Assembly (NCBI GenBank): GCA_008632985.1
Contig: QPGO01000096.1
Coordinates: forward strand, 1 to 64,000
Reading direction: 5' to 3'
Source of the DNA: Psammoneis japonica
Taxonomy: Eukaryota
DNA length: 64,000 nucleotides
In this document: positions 13,001 through 26,489 of the stretch, in pieces
Numbering within the stretch: position 1 is the first letter of the stretch
Layout: each line of letters starts with the position of its first letter
The notes under the pieces: generated by a model
What the model was told of the DNA's origin: nothing
The model's input: only the letters and a program-made list of their open reading frames with translations
Database searches by the model: none
Position numbers and translations under genes: made by a program

Positions 13001-14150
13001 ACAATGATGTCTGTTGTGTTGCCTTCGAATGCATCAACTCCATTTGGATTGAAGGTTTGCAGCTGCCTCCAAGACTTGTGCCCATTTTGCCATTGTGCAG
13101 CCACAGTGCCAGTGGAGATTGAGACATGCATCAAAACACAAATCCTCTTTTGAAACAAAGGAGCAAGGAGGATTCAGGATGCTTCAACGTGCTCCAATCC
13201 CAACATGTGCAACAGTTGGCATGCCTTCCTCCACATGTGATTGACAATGCTCGCAACAAATCCCACCAACATGCACCCAAGAATTGTCAAAGAACACATG
13301 ATCAGACTGCAACAGCACTTGCTTGCATGAAACTCCAACCAGAGTTTGACTGGAGTGCAAGTGTCGGCTTCCACCAGATGACCCATTGAGAATTCAAACA
13401 GAAGCCACCTTGCTTGACAGACTCACTTTCATCCATGCTCGAATGCAGCAAAGTCGGAATGATGAACTCAAAAGAGATCAAGCTTCACCAGTTCAACAAG
13501 CTCATGTTGAACAAAAACCAGCCATTGTGTGGGCAACAGAGCTGACCTGAGCCGGAAATGACCCATCGTTGGCCACTCATGGCATCAAAAAAGAGTTTGG
13601 AGATTTGTCCTTGAGACACCAGAAAAGGGTGCAGGTGTTTCTTGTGGTGCATCTCTTGATGTCATTGGTGCAAAGTGCAAAGCTCCATGCGCTGCACTGC
13701 TGCATGTGTGGCATGGCACATGCACTTGCTCTCATCAACTCACATTGTCTTGTTTTCCCAAGTTCCACCCGCACCCCATTTTCATTTGTCATGCCATCCC
13801 CACCACAATGCAACCAGGTTCGCCTGTTTTACACTGGCGTGTGTGCTGCAGTCTTGATCCAAAGGTGCTTGGTCCACACAGCCTGCTCTCTCGTGTTTCG
13901 AAACGAACTTGAGTCCGCTTGACTCCGGTTGATTCAAGTGGCCACTGAGCTCATCAACTTGCAAACCGAACAAGACAACCTCTCCTGTGCACCTGTCTTC
14001 ATCCACCGACTTGGACTCCATTTCATGCAAAGAACCTTTCATTGGGTTTCCGACAACCGCCCTTTCTGTTTCCAGTGTGAGCCGTGTTTTCGGTTTGAAA
14101 TGCTTCTCCGCACGTTTGACAGTTGACAGACGAATGCTTCAGCCACCCCA
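10020..14150. mobile_element. TpA/CpG-depleted island B: hypermutated transposon-like relic
   Basis: By eye, only 5 TA in 10570-14150 (11620, 11774, 12001, 12017, 13830). Many overlapping Tyr-poor, Cys/His/Gln-rich ORFs. The minus strand near 12780-12850 reads GDHGKVRC-(fs)-TCLKCICNGLCQNVI, a SWIM-like remnant. Confidence 0.6.
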
Positions 14151-14519
14151 TACATAGCCATGCTCCCAGCCAGGTCGCGCAAGCAGTCTATCTCGGGCAG
14201 CGCATGGATGCGCGTCCTTTGTCCGTGCCCATCTTATGAATATCATCTACTTTAGATTTATGACAAAATGTGTTACTTCGACAAAGCCCATGCTATTTAG
14301 GCCTACTCTAGGGCCCTACGCTTCAAACATTCGAACGCACTTCGTCACCAACCGAAGTCAAATCTCCACTAGGCCTCACTAAATCAGACATCCCAAGATC
14401 GAAGACTGTCGAGAATGCAAGCAACGTGTCATTTACTAGTTCATCTCTCCAGTATTCTCTTCTTCACGAGCTACAAAAACAAAGCTACATAGTCTTCTGT
14501 GGCTCAGGGTAAACTCTAA

Positions 14520-16453
14520 TTAGCTGTCAAAACTTGGTGGTCTTGACCAAGGCTTTAGTTCGAGGTAATCTTCCTCTTGAGCAAGGGACGCTGCCTTCCA
14601 GTCGTTGCGAAACAAAAGAACAGGGCGCTGCCATCGATCTTGAACAATCATAATACCAAACAGCTTACCGTCAGCATCTGCCTTGTCTACTGCGTCCCAT
14701 CCTCCATCTGCCCACCTCGCTATACTGTACCCGAGTGGTTCCATTATGCTCTCAACGCCATACTCATTTTCTAGACGAGCTTGAACAACTTCGAATTGCA
14801 ACTGTCCAACTGCTGCCAGAATCAGAGGACCACCACCATCATCATTCCGTTGTCGTAGCGCCTGCACGGCACCCTCATCGAGCAACTGGTCCAAGCCTTT
14901 GCGAAAAGCTTTATAGTCTGACGGATTGGGGCTGCGAATGTAAGAAAATTTCTCAGGACTGAATGAAGGAATGCCCGGAAACGCAACCTTGGAGTTACCC
15001 GTGAAGAGAGTGTCACCAATGGCAAAATTACCGGGATTGTTAATGCCAATCACGTCTAGTTGAGTTGCAAGGAGGTATTGCCAAACAAAATTGTGAGAAC
15101 CCATAGATACAAGGTATCAACTTGTGACATGAAATCAGAATTTACCTCCAGGGTAGGCAATCTCGACGGCACTACGGTCATTTCCAAACAAGGCTGTGCT
15201 TGAGCTAGGTTGTACTTTTTCCCACCCTTGGATCTGGAATGTCCCACCTTCATTCCCTTTTCATAAACCCCAGATACAATGCGTACATAAGCTAGTCGAT
15301 CTCGGTGCTTTGGGTCTAGATTTGCCTGTGTTTTGAAAATGAATCCCGTAAACTCTTCATGCTGCGGAGGCACTAGCTCTTCTTCAATTTTCTCTTCTGC
15401 TTCTTGTTTCTTCTTTTTCGAGGGTGCATCTGCTTTGAGCGAAGCCAATCTGCCCACGGGTTTCGTTCCCATGTCACAAAATTTGTCGAGAAACAATTGC
15501 ACACCAAAGTTTGTCATGGCAGAACCAAAGAACAAAGGACTCTGAGTAGCAGCCATAACCCGGTCCATATCCAGGGGGTTTAACAATTCCGTCAAGAGTT
15601 CTGCGTCTTCGTATAGTTTGTCATACAGTTCCTCGTCATCGATTAGCTCCTTGAGCTTTTCCTCGTCGTCCAACGGAACTTGGATCACTTCGGCTTTTCC
15701 TCCACGCTTGGTTGGCTTTTGATAAATGTGAACAATATTTTCGAGACGATCCAGCACTCCCTTGAAGCGGTCTCCATCGCCAATGGGCCAAAGAACGGGA
15801 TGCGTCTCCAAGCCGAATTCAGCTTCAATCTGGTCCATAATTTCGCATGGTGTCAGTGCCGGTCTATCTAATTTGTTGACAAAAGTAAAGAGCGGCAGAT
15901 TGCGCATACGACAAACCTCAAAGAGTTTGCGTGTCTGCGGTTCCAATCCCTTGGCTCCATCCAACAACATGACTGCATTGTCTGCTGCAGCCAGAGCGCG
16001 GTACGTATCCTCCGAGAAATCCTGATGGCCTGGAGTGTCCAAGATGTTGACCCGAAGTCCATTATAGTCAAAGTTCATGACTGTGCTCGAAATACTAATT
16101 CCACGTTCCTTTTCCATCTCCATGAAATCGGACGCTGTTGCTCGTTGTTCCGCCTTTTGCCGAACGGCACCCGCCTGTTGCAAGGCCCCTCCGTACAGCA
16201 ACAACTTTTCAGTCATTGTGGTTTTTCCCGAATCAGGGTGACTTATAATTGCCAAATTACGGCGGCGCTCAATTTCATTTGTCGGAGCTTGAAAGGTGGG
16301 TGCAGCGTCAGCGGCACTGCTCTGCAAGGCCGTTCTCGATGACGACAATTGGGATGTGCATGTGAAGGCACAGGTTCTCGTAACGAGACTGAAAAGTGTG
16401 ACTGTCAGTACGAAAAGGAAAATCGCATGATTATTTCGACCTAGCTCTGACAT
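14520..16453 (-). CDS. prfC: Peptide chain release factor 3, plastid-targeted
   Basis: Motifs RRRNLAIISHPDSGKTTMTEKLLLYGGA, DTPGHQDFSEDTYR, NKLD and AVGQLQFEVV. Signal peptide ending TCA-F. Intron 15056..15145; 1-bp frameshift near 15195. Confidence 0.93.
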
Positions 16454-16969
16454 GTTCAAACACAAATACCCTCTCAGCCACTTGCCAAACAAATTTCTTT
16501 GAGAGTGGTGAGGTTGTGCTTTTGTTCTTCGCGTCGGAGGGAGTTTTGTGGCTTGGTGGCACTTTCCTGTAGAATCCACATCTGAATAGTACCTGTCGTA
16601 GAGCCCGTACTCAACACACGTACGTGTGACTTACGTCATTAGTACGAACGTCCATCCGCCGACCGCAATCTGCGCAACGGCGCAACGCCGCGGCACGCAC
16701 AACTGCATCCATCCTCAAATCCGACACTGACATTGAACATGACCTGATCGGTAAACAATCACCTGAATAGTCCAGAGAAAATTAGGTAGGCTACTAGCTG
16801 ACACTTGATTCTACTCGCTTAGGGTTCTCTTCAGTCTCTGTGACTGGAAAAGGAAATCGGAGTTCTAGCGTTTCTTTTTTCCAAGCGGAGCATATCGTGC
16901 GAGATCAACAACTTCTGCCTGGTCGCAAAGCGAACTTTTCCGCTGCAAACTTCCAACGTCGGAAAGACC

Positions 16970-18415
16970 ATGACTGTTTCAGACACCAAATTGATAACCA
17001 CTGCAGTTGCTGCTGCAGCAGCAGGCGCAGCTTTGGCCATTGTGGCTATGAAAATGATGAAAAAAGAAGAAAGACCTAACCGCGCTGCACTCCGCCTCAA
17101 CAAGACGTCATTTATCATCGGTGAAGATGAATCCATGACGGACCGAGAAAGGGTGCTCATGCCACACAACCACGAAGAAAAAATGCGCCGGAGAATTGCA
17201 GCTCGAGTGGCTGTGGAAGAGGACAACATGACGCCCAGAAATTCAGTCACTGTTCGTGTCCCTGCGACGTCTGCCAATGTTGGACCCGGGTGTAAGAAAA
17301 TTAAAGTTCGTTCTTGTGTTGTGTTTTTAGAGGGGCCGAATCAATATTACTCACCCGTTATTTCTCTATTTACCCTTTAAAATAATTCATAGATGACTGC
17401 ATTGGAATGGCTGTAGACTTGTGGTCCGAAGTGACGGTAGAGCGATCCGAGGTGTTTGAAATTACAGCCGAGGGTGAAGGTGCCGAGGAAATGCCAAAGG
17501 ATGAAACCAATCTAATGGTCACAGGTGTCAAGGCAGCTTATGAGGCGGCAAACAAAGATATGCCAATCCTTAAATACCACGTCATTTCTCGAATTCCCTA
17601 TGCTCGTGGGTTGGGAAGTTCAAGTGCTGCAATTGTCGCTGGAATCATTGCTGGATTAGTCCTTGCAGGACATCGATTACCCTGCTGGGGATCGGAAGCG
17701 CTTTTGCAGATTGCAGCTTCTATTGAGGTGAGAGCGAAATGTGTTGTAGCTGGGTTTTATTGCCAAGTAGCTCCTCCTTACAAAATTTACATATTGTTTC
17801 ATTCAGGGCCATCCCGACAATGTCGCTCCTGCTATTTATGGAGGTATTCAGGTTGGTATTCATAACGGGACACGGTGGGTCACAGAGCGTCCTCCCACCC
17901 CGGCAGGATTGCAGTTGGTCATGTTTATCCCGGACTTTGTCGGCAAGACGTCGGCTGCTCGAGCCGTTTTAACCCCGACGATTACACGGGAAGAGGCTGC
18001 CTTCAATATTGGTCGGGTCGCTTTCTTGATTCATGCGTTGTGTGTCGGAAACCTGGACAATTTGAAATGGGGAGCTCAAGATAAAATGCATCAACCGCAT
18101 AGAGGACAGAAATTATATCCTTATCTTTTCCCCATGATTGAAGCGGCAGAGAATGCTGGTGCATGCTGTGCCTATCTGAGTGGCGCTGGTCCAACCGTCA
18201 TGGCTTTGAGCAGTGGCGCTTCTGGAGATATCTTTACGCAGCGCGAGAAGGAAAGGACAGATTCTGCTGTGGCCAAGGCCATGAGGGAGATCGCCGACTC
18301 ACTCGGTATTCATGGAAAAATCTACGTGACCAACGCCGCCAATGAGGGCGCACGGGTTGTCAAGGTCGAGCCGCCCTTTTCTTCGGGAGAGATTACTTAT
18401 CGAGACAACATTTAA
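16970..18415 (+). CDS. thrB: Homoserine kinase (GHMP family); 3 exons
   Basis: VRVPATSANVGPGYDCIGMA, IPYARGLGSSSAAIVAG, EGHPDNVAPAIYGG and YLSGAGPT, assembled via introns 17292..17392 and 17728..17806. Confidence 0.93.
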
Positions 18416-18520
18416 GAAATGAGGCTTCACTGTGCTTGGCATCCATAGGAACTACTGTAACTTTTTGAACTACACTACAAACCTACACACCATGATGTCA
18501 TTAAACGCTTTCTCTAGAGA

Positions 18521-19289
18521 TCAACGTTTTAGTACTACGAACTTCAGCGGAACTTCGTATCCGCCTTCCACCGATAGCTTTGCTAGGAATTCCCCAAGCT
18601 GCTTAAGTTTGACTTGGCACTCCTCCTCAGTTGATATTTCCTTCATGAGCGATTCTTCTTGTTCCGCAAAATCGTCGTGAGAAATGACCCTATCCAGTAT
18701 ATGAACCTGTTCCGTTTCATCCAATCAATCATGAGTTGCTTGGACAGCTTATCTTTAATGTTCTGAGCCGTTACAACGCCTGGATGAACCGCATGAGTAT
18801 TGGGATCGACTGTACGCCAGATTTTAAGCTGCGCCACGAGAGGACGGGTTTCAGTTGAGACAAACCAGAAAGAACTCATTATCATATAGTATGATGTCCA
18901 GTACACCACTTACCACTTTGTTCCGCAAGTAATGCTTTAGTAGCTCGGCTGCTTTGAGTTCCTCTCCACCAGCAGCAGCTCTTAATCGCTCTCGTTCCAA
19001 TCGCTCTCTCTTTTCCTCCAGAGTTTCCACATCAGGATCTTTGATACCAAGACGACTAAAGTTCTCCGGTGTTGCATACAATGCCATTTTCTCGGAAAGA
19101 GCATATTGCGAGCATAACCCGCTTTTACAGATACCACATCACCCTCGTACGCATTTCCCGACGGCAAATCCTCTGTCAAAATTACACGAACCATGTGACC
19201 CATGGCTCTAATCTGCACCAATGGTGCCGCCTTGTCCCTGCGGCACGACAGAAAGTAGCGGAGCTCTTTGTGATCAACATGGACGCCAT
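18521..19289 (-). CDS. rplI: Ribosomal protein bL9, probably mitochondrial
   Basis: VRVILTEDLP...GDVVSVKAGYARNMLFP..MALYAT is the L9 N-terminal signature. Intron 18829..18913; several 1-bp frameshifts. The N-terminus is rich in S/T/R and lacks acidic residues. Confidence 0.85.
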
Positions 19290-19986
19290 TGTGCTCAAAT
19301 CAGGGAGACCACAGGACTGGCACTTCGATGATAAGATAGGTCTTGTGACAACAACAACAACAACACAGAAAAAGCAAGAAGCGCAAGTGCGATGCAGGAT
19401 GCAGAGCTGGAGAGCGAGAGGTAGGACGGAGAGACCGAAACGTGCGAATGAAAGACCGCATAAGTTATCGCGCGCGCGATCGAGCGATCCTTCACAAGTT
19501 GCAAGGGCATTACAAAATGTTCGAAGTCATTTCTCTTTTTAATTGTTCAGCAACTATTATTGGAATATAAGCATTAAATGAATATTTTTATATTAAAAAT
19601 TGAAATTTAGCTTCTTAAGTGTGCCAACGCTGGTGCGCCACATTGTAATACCGTATTCGTCACATTACTGCCCTCTTTCTTATTGGTCATTAACGAATGA
19701 CTTTTTTGTCTATGTCGAAATTCTCTCATTCGTTTCGTCCATGGCGAACGCGACATCCCGTTTCGCGTTTTTCGTGAAATCGCGACGCATGTCGTGAATG
19801 AGTTGAACCTTTCTTCTTTTATTTTACTCGAACCAAGAACGATCGCAGAGTGTGTCTGTTTGAAAGAGCCACAGCATTTGCATCGTCAAGCTTACAAACA
19901 AGTAACAAGTGTTGAAGCTCCAGAATTTCAACCGCTGTCCGGGACTTGAGAAAAGGCTGAGTCTCACCCGTGAAAGCAATAAGATC

Positions 19987-22323
19987 ATGTATTTGCAACC
20001 AATATCTACGAGTCCTCCGCCACGTCGTGCGGCAAGGCTGATTCACCGCCACCCACAACACTTTTGGGTTCTCAACAAACCCCGACACTATCAACACATA
20101 CACAACGTGCAGCACTCGTGACACCGCCACCTCCGCCGCCGAGTCGTCGACGTTCTTCAGGCCATCGTAGAAAATCATCTCCAGGAACGGATTCTCCTCA
20201 ATTAGGTGGTTCCTCTTCTAGCCGGTCCAAAATGACAGTGTCGCAATTTTCTTCCAAGTCGCTGTCGAAGAAGAAGAGTTCTCGAGAAGCAGCCTTTCAA
20301 AACGAGGTGATGCTGAACCCGTGCCAACGCAACTGCAATCAAGTCGTAGTAGCAGACGCAGCCCTAAGGATGGTACAGCGTCAGTGACTCCGCAGCCTCG
20401 ACCGCATCGACGATCCAAGCACTCATCCCGGAAAGAACTGTTTTCTGACGTGTCATCTCCTCGGATCACCCGACATGCCTCCAGTCGACAAGCTCCTCCC
20501 AGTCCGGGATCTGATTCAACCCCAAAACGACATAATTCAGGTCGTAGTGGAGACGACTGTTTGTCTTTGCCAGCAGAATACATTGTAAGGCTGGATGGCG
20601 CTGATGGATCTACCTACAGTCGACCCCAGAATGACGGTTCCCAACCTGTTTCTCAGCCCCGACGAAAATCATTCTCTCACAAAAGTGCATCATCATCTGG
20701 TGGTGTCAATCCTCTTGTGTCACGCAACAGTGCCCCCCGAATGACCATGGAACTGGATGACCTGAGGCGTGCTTCCTTGTCGGGAGCACTGCAAAAAGGG
20801 GCAGCACCAAAGTCATCTCTATTTCTAGAAAAACTACCGTCATATTCTCGAAGGAAAAATGGCCGATCAATGAGCTCTCATACTAGAGGAAGTAGAAGCA
20901 GCCGTGGCACAGAAAGTAATAAAGACAGTGGCGTGCCAGCTGTCTATCGGCATGCGTCGAAACAGGAGTGGAGCGAAATGATGAATGCATGTCGTCGACA
21001 CCCCGAGAGCGCTTTGTTTGTGAATCCTGCAGACGGCACAACTTCGTTGCATCTGGCTGTAATGAGTCGAACGGGGTATTCACCATCCCCGCCACCACCG
21101 CCTTCCAATCGTCAAGAGCAGGAAAGTAAAAATCAGGACAACACCCAGCCTCAGCCTGCTTCATTGGATGATATCGAAGAACTGATACAGCTTTGCCCGG
21201 ATGCCTCCAAGGTTGTGTGCAAACTTTATAGTTATACACCTCTTGCCTACGCATGTTTGGTTTCTGGAGAAGAATGGAATTTGGAAGATTCGGCTGCAAT
21301 GGTGCGTTTGTTTCTAAAGCACGCACCCGACTGCTTGTCGGTGTTTACAGAGGGAGGATTGTCAGCACTGGATGTTCATATCATCAGTTTCAGCTACAAG
21401 AATCGAGAGCAGCAAGTCGAAGAGAGCATTTTGTCGGGTCGTACTAGTACTGTCGTGTTAAGAACATTACTGGAAGCGGACCCTTGCTAGCGCACGTGAG
21501 GATTCGAAAGGACAAGGTGGGAGGGCCAGTTGAGTTGCTCTACCGATGCAACTCCGGTGCGTTTTTGGATGCGGTCGAGTTGGATGATAAGTCCTATTTG
21601 AAGAAGAAACCGTCTTCAGACCAAACCGAGAAGTCAGTCATTGCTACAATTACCAAGTGGTGGGTTTGGAAGTGGACTATTCTTTTGTTAAAGTACGGCA
21701 CAGTTCCATACAAAAAGAAAGGAGCGCCGTTTCTTGCTGTTCAAGCGGCAGCTGCAATGGTCGGGTGTCCTTTACCTGTTATGACATTGGCGATAAAGGC
21801 GTTTCCCAAGCAAGTAAGACTGCGAGATGAAATGCAAGGAGTAAAAGGCAATCTCCCACTACATGAAGTGGCGTCTTGGCCCTGTCAACAGGATTCTGAA
21901 TCCACCGAACCGGTGATATCCTCTCGTAAGGGAATGGCGATATCCGCGTTGCTTCAAGAATTTCCAGGTGCTGCTACAATTGTTAATAATTTGAATCAAA
22001 CACCCTTGGAATTAGCAGTGGCGTCGGGAACAACATGGGATGGTGGTGTTCGAAAGCTCGTTCGGTCGAATCCCGGTGCGGTAGCACAGCCCAGCCCTAC
22101 TTCCGGTTTAGTCCCTTTTCTAGCTTCAGCTGCTGTCGCCTTGCCGCCAAATCCGGAAGAGATTCCGAAACAGCAGGTAGAACGAGCTTCGTCGTCGCGG
22201 AGGTCTTTGTCTATGCATCACAGATCTGTGGCTAAGAGGGATGTGCAGACAATTCGGACAGTATATGGACTGTTGCGCGCTGACCCCTCGGTTTTATCCA
22301 AGCTGGCTTTTCCCGATGTCTAG
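19987..22323 (+). CDS. Ankyrin-repeat-like protein with long Ser/Arg-rich N-terminus (frameshifted in this assembly)
   Basis: ORF pieces 20064, 20321 and 21484 overlap. Motifs DGTTSLHLA, YTPLAYAC, GNLPLHEVASW and NQTPLELAV. Confidence 0.7.
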
Positions 22324-22381
22324 AGTGAACAATAAAACAAGCAGCGAAAAAGCACGTCGATAAATGATTCCCAACTACTCA

Positions 22382-24224
22382 TTAGGGCCCTAGATCTTGT
22401 TCCGTAAAGGCGGAAAGACAAACCAGAACCATATTGAAAACACCAAAACATAGGAGTAATATCAGTGCCATGATCATTTTACCATTTTTCCTCAAGAGAG
22501 GAACTCCAACACGCTCCCGCGCTTTGATGTATAGAATGGGCGGCAACAGAAAACCCGCGAAGCTCAGTCCGATGCCTCTTACAAAATTCATCTGGGTCGA
22601 GATCAATTCCTCAAGGGCCCCAAATACGCAAACAACAACTGCGAGAGTAAATCGTACTATAAAATGCTGCTCAAACCTTGAGTGGGACAGAGAATCGAGT
22701 GATTCCACTTCTTTCTCGGCTGCTTTTTGTAGAGGCTCGCCCGCATTGGTCGTTTCGGGTACACTGGCAGGAGCATTCGTGTCGGCACTATCACTTTCGC
22801 CGACGACAGGGTGATGCCACTTTTCACCAAATGCCTCCAATGTGTAAGAATTGTATTCACTGTCGTCAGATTGCTGTTGTTGCTGTTTTCGCCTTTCATC
22901 TCTCTCGGTGGCCCAAATTTCAAGCATCTCGGTCGACGGATACAATATTACAGGCAGCGTCAACAAAAGCGCAATACTCAGGGAAAGCTGATAGGTGGAC
23001 TGCACCGATTCTGAATATAGACAGTAGGACAACTCACGACAACCATCCTCCCCGTGAACCGTACCTGGTCCACCTCCCATACCTCCAATGTACCCCATCC
23101 AAGCTACAGCCAGAGTCAATAGGCCATAAAGAATGACAGCGGCAAAGAGGAGTGGAACAGCACGTTGTTGTTGTTGATCGTCCAGACTGTTTGCCGTTGG
23201 GAGTGCCAGGTTGATTCCCTCAATGGCGTAAACGGTTGAAGCCACAAACACTGGAATGCCACTCCATTTCCATTCCCACATGTCATTTGGTGCATCCGGA
23301 CCGCCACGGTCTTCGTCTGATCTGGCAAAGGAAATTGCAGAAAAAATCATTGAACCCACACAGCCGACAAGGTAAACGATGAGACCAGCAGCGCTAATGA
23401 AGAACATCTTTTTCAATGTCGACACTTGCAGGAGTATAGCTGCAACTGGAAACAAGAGAGCCGTCAATGCCAGTCGAGCTGCACCCTCTGGGGTACTATC
23501 GGGTCCTGGTTCTGCTTGCCATCCAAGAAAGGCTGACAAATTGTTGATCGCTCCCGAGTACATTCCAGATGCAAACAGTATATGAAGTAAGATGATTATC
23601 CATGAGACGATAAAGCTCATACTGCTCCCCATCAATTGTCTTGCCAAATCAGCATATGTAATCAGGCGACCTTTGACCCCAAAGGCGGTGCCGTATGAAG
23701 AATTGGTTTGAATGCTCATGAATTTCCTTAGACTTTCAGTAACAGAGGCAAGTTTTTCTTCTTGCGGCTGCTTGTCGTGCGACAATGACGCTAATTCAAC
23801 CGCCACGGACTTACACGGAGGCATGGCTGCCATGGATCGCGCCTTGAGTAAAAGATAGCAAGCAAAGACACACGCCGCAATGATTGTAATGTGCACCAGC
23901 GTTCCCAAAATTAGACCCGTCTCTCCGAGGATTCGAGGCTGAGAGAGGAGGCTCACGCCAAAGAGGCCTTTAAAAAGGTTACAAACGCTGACACCCATGA
24001 CGTTCTGCGCGTTCTATCATGCGGATCGCAGGAGCTGATGGAGAACGCAGACTCATCACGCGAATAATTCGATGACGACGTCTCCGCTGGCTCACTGCTC
24101 TGTGTTGTCGGTGCCGGGTATGGGATATGCTCCGTTCTCGAAGACTGATTACGCAAAAGCTAGTGGAAGTCTCTGGCTCACTGCTATATGAATGCTCTGG
24201 GTATTGAAAACGCTCTTTGCTCAT
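22382..24224 (-). CDS. Amino-acid transporter (AAAP / Aa_trans family)
   Basis: About 10-11 hydrophobic segments; CNLFKGLFGVSLLSQP, TYADLAR, VYAIEGINLALP and AGFLLPPILY. The 5' part is frameshifted. Confidence 0.85.
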
Positions 24225-24614
24225 TGCTCATTGCCGCTTCTCGTTATTGGATCATTCGTCCCCTACTATAAAGTCTAGGGTAGCCTCTGCGCCGCCAATG
24301 CCGTCATTGTGAGCATATGAAGAAAGAAAATAAGAAACGGAAACCAGGCACTAACCACGAACCCAGAACAGACACACGGACTCCCTCCGAGCTAGTAACG
24401 GAAATCTGAATTATCAAAGTTGTGAATATCCACATACATGCATGAAGGTAAGCATTATTGGCCAAAAATTCCAAACGTCACTCGCCCTCTCACACCCCCC
24501 TTCGCATTCCGGAGTCACAATTCCGCCCATGACAAAACCATAGAGACCAATTTGCGTTTCTGTACGGCCTCTGTTGTCACGAGCATCATTACATCACATA
24601 AAAATAGAACAACC

Positions 24615-25873
24615 ATGCCGTCAGAGACACCTCTCAAGAAAAGTCAAGGGTCATCCTTGCTATACAAATTGGCAGTACAAGAAAAATGGGTAGACGTACA
24701 AGAACGTGTGTTGGACGTCCCAGAGGAGGCTCAGTACACACACCCAATTGATAATACCACTCCCCTTCATGCTGCGATTCAGGCTCATAATTCTGGCTCT
24801 ACTTCTACAAGTGTGCGTGAAGAACGGCTCGCTGCTATAGGGGCTCTCATTGCTGCGTATCCAAATGCCGCTTGTGTTAGAACGCGTGACACGGGAGATT
24901 CACCGCTCGCACTAGCTTGCATTACAGCGGATGATAACCATCAGGTTTTGCAAGAGGACGAAACGATTATCAGAATGATATTGGATCACAAGCCAGAGTC
25001 TATCAAGCTCTTGACGGCTGACGGATACTCACCGGTCGATCTACACATTATGTCTTATTCCGAGATAATGAGGCTTCGCAGTCTGTTTGATCCTGGTGTA
25101 GGTGCCGGAAACGTAGATACGCGACGACATCAATCTTGAAGCTTTTGTTGAAACATTTTGAATATAAAGATGATGGCAAGACAAGAATCATTTCGAGGCA
25201 GTTGGAGTTGTTGTTTGATTGCAATTCGCTGGAAATTCTTGAGAATATCGCTTTGGAAGAAGCGGAAGCATCATCCTCCAAGCTACAAGCACGTCGACTA
25301 GCGAGGTCTCGCCATGCTTTCGAAGGATCCAGCGTGAGTGGTGGATCTGTTTACTCGGCGGCATCTACTCACTTAAAATCCTTTTGGGTCTGGGAATGGG
25401 CGACACTCCTCATCATGAGCTACATTGAGAAAACAAAGACAGAACAGACTTACAACACAGTAGGTTCGTCAAGCAGTATCATGCACGCTGCTGCGCAGGT
25501 GCCGGATTGTCCGCTTCCGTTTCTCATCATGGCAATGAGGGCATATCCAGAAGATGTCCGAACACCCGACCCAAAGACTGGCAACTATCCCTTGCATTAT
25601 GTTGCATCTTGGGAAGATTCGTCTTCTCGTAGTGACGAAACGGAAGAATATCACTCGTCTTTGGCATGCCGCAAGTCCATGGCGCTTAGTGCGTTGATCT
25701 CGGAATACCCTGATGCGACGCACTACAAAAATAAAAAGGGACAGACGCCAATGACTCTTGCGCTAGTCACTGGAACACCGTGGGAGTGCGGCATGAAGAA
25801 ATTGACGGCTCAAACAAGCAGTCATCAGAACATGGCAATACACGCAAATTTAACCGACAACAGCATTGGCTAG
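24615..25873 (+). CDS. Ankyrin-repeat-like protein, paralogue of the 19987..22323 gene
   Basis: Shares in order DxTTxLHxA, PLAxAC, WVWxW, CPLP, GNxPLHxVASW, RKxMAxSAL and QTPxxLA..GTxW. Frameshift near 25125. Confidence 0.75.
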
Positions 25874-26489
25874 CAATTTGTGTGTGGCAGGATGAATGAT
25901 ACCATGTACCAACTAATGATGGATTGCGAAAATTGAATTCGGGAATCGTGGGCCGCTGCAACAACTCGCATTTTGCTCCACGCAAACGTGCAGGGGGGTC
26001 GGACGTGTTGCACAATGGACATAGGCAGGAAACAATAGAGAGAGAATGAGACCAGGGGCATTTTATTAAATATGGGGGTCAGACAAGAGAACGTGAAGAG
26101 GGGCATGTTCTCTTAGGCAGAGCTATCGAATCTAGTTCAACGTCTAATTACCGATGAACTGAACAAAGACAACATCTCATCGTGCACGACACTACCAGTA
26201 TGATGCTACAATCTAAGGTAGACTCATTTTGCCATAGCCAGCTCTCCTCCATTCTTTTTCTAAAGCTTTCTAATACACTACTTTAAAAGGTAACAGCAAG
26301 CCAAATGACGATACATTCCTGTTCCACATTTTGTTGAAGGAACGTAAGGCGGGGCGGGACCGCTGCGATGGATCTACATGCGGTGGTCTAATTTAAAATA
26401 GCTCGTACTTCCCACACTTCACCGTGTTATTTTGACCTGCTGCCCGGCCGCATGATGTGTTCGTCAAGCCCTCATCAGGGCCATTAGAC

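Noticed and set aside
10020..14150. Classical fungal RIP or plain 5mC deamination as the full explanation of the islands
   Set aside because: RIP enriches TpA and lowers CpA/TpG, the reverse of what is seen. CpG deamination cannot remove TpA, and island D retains CpG.
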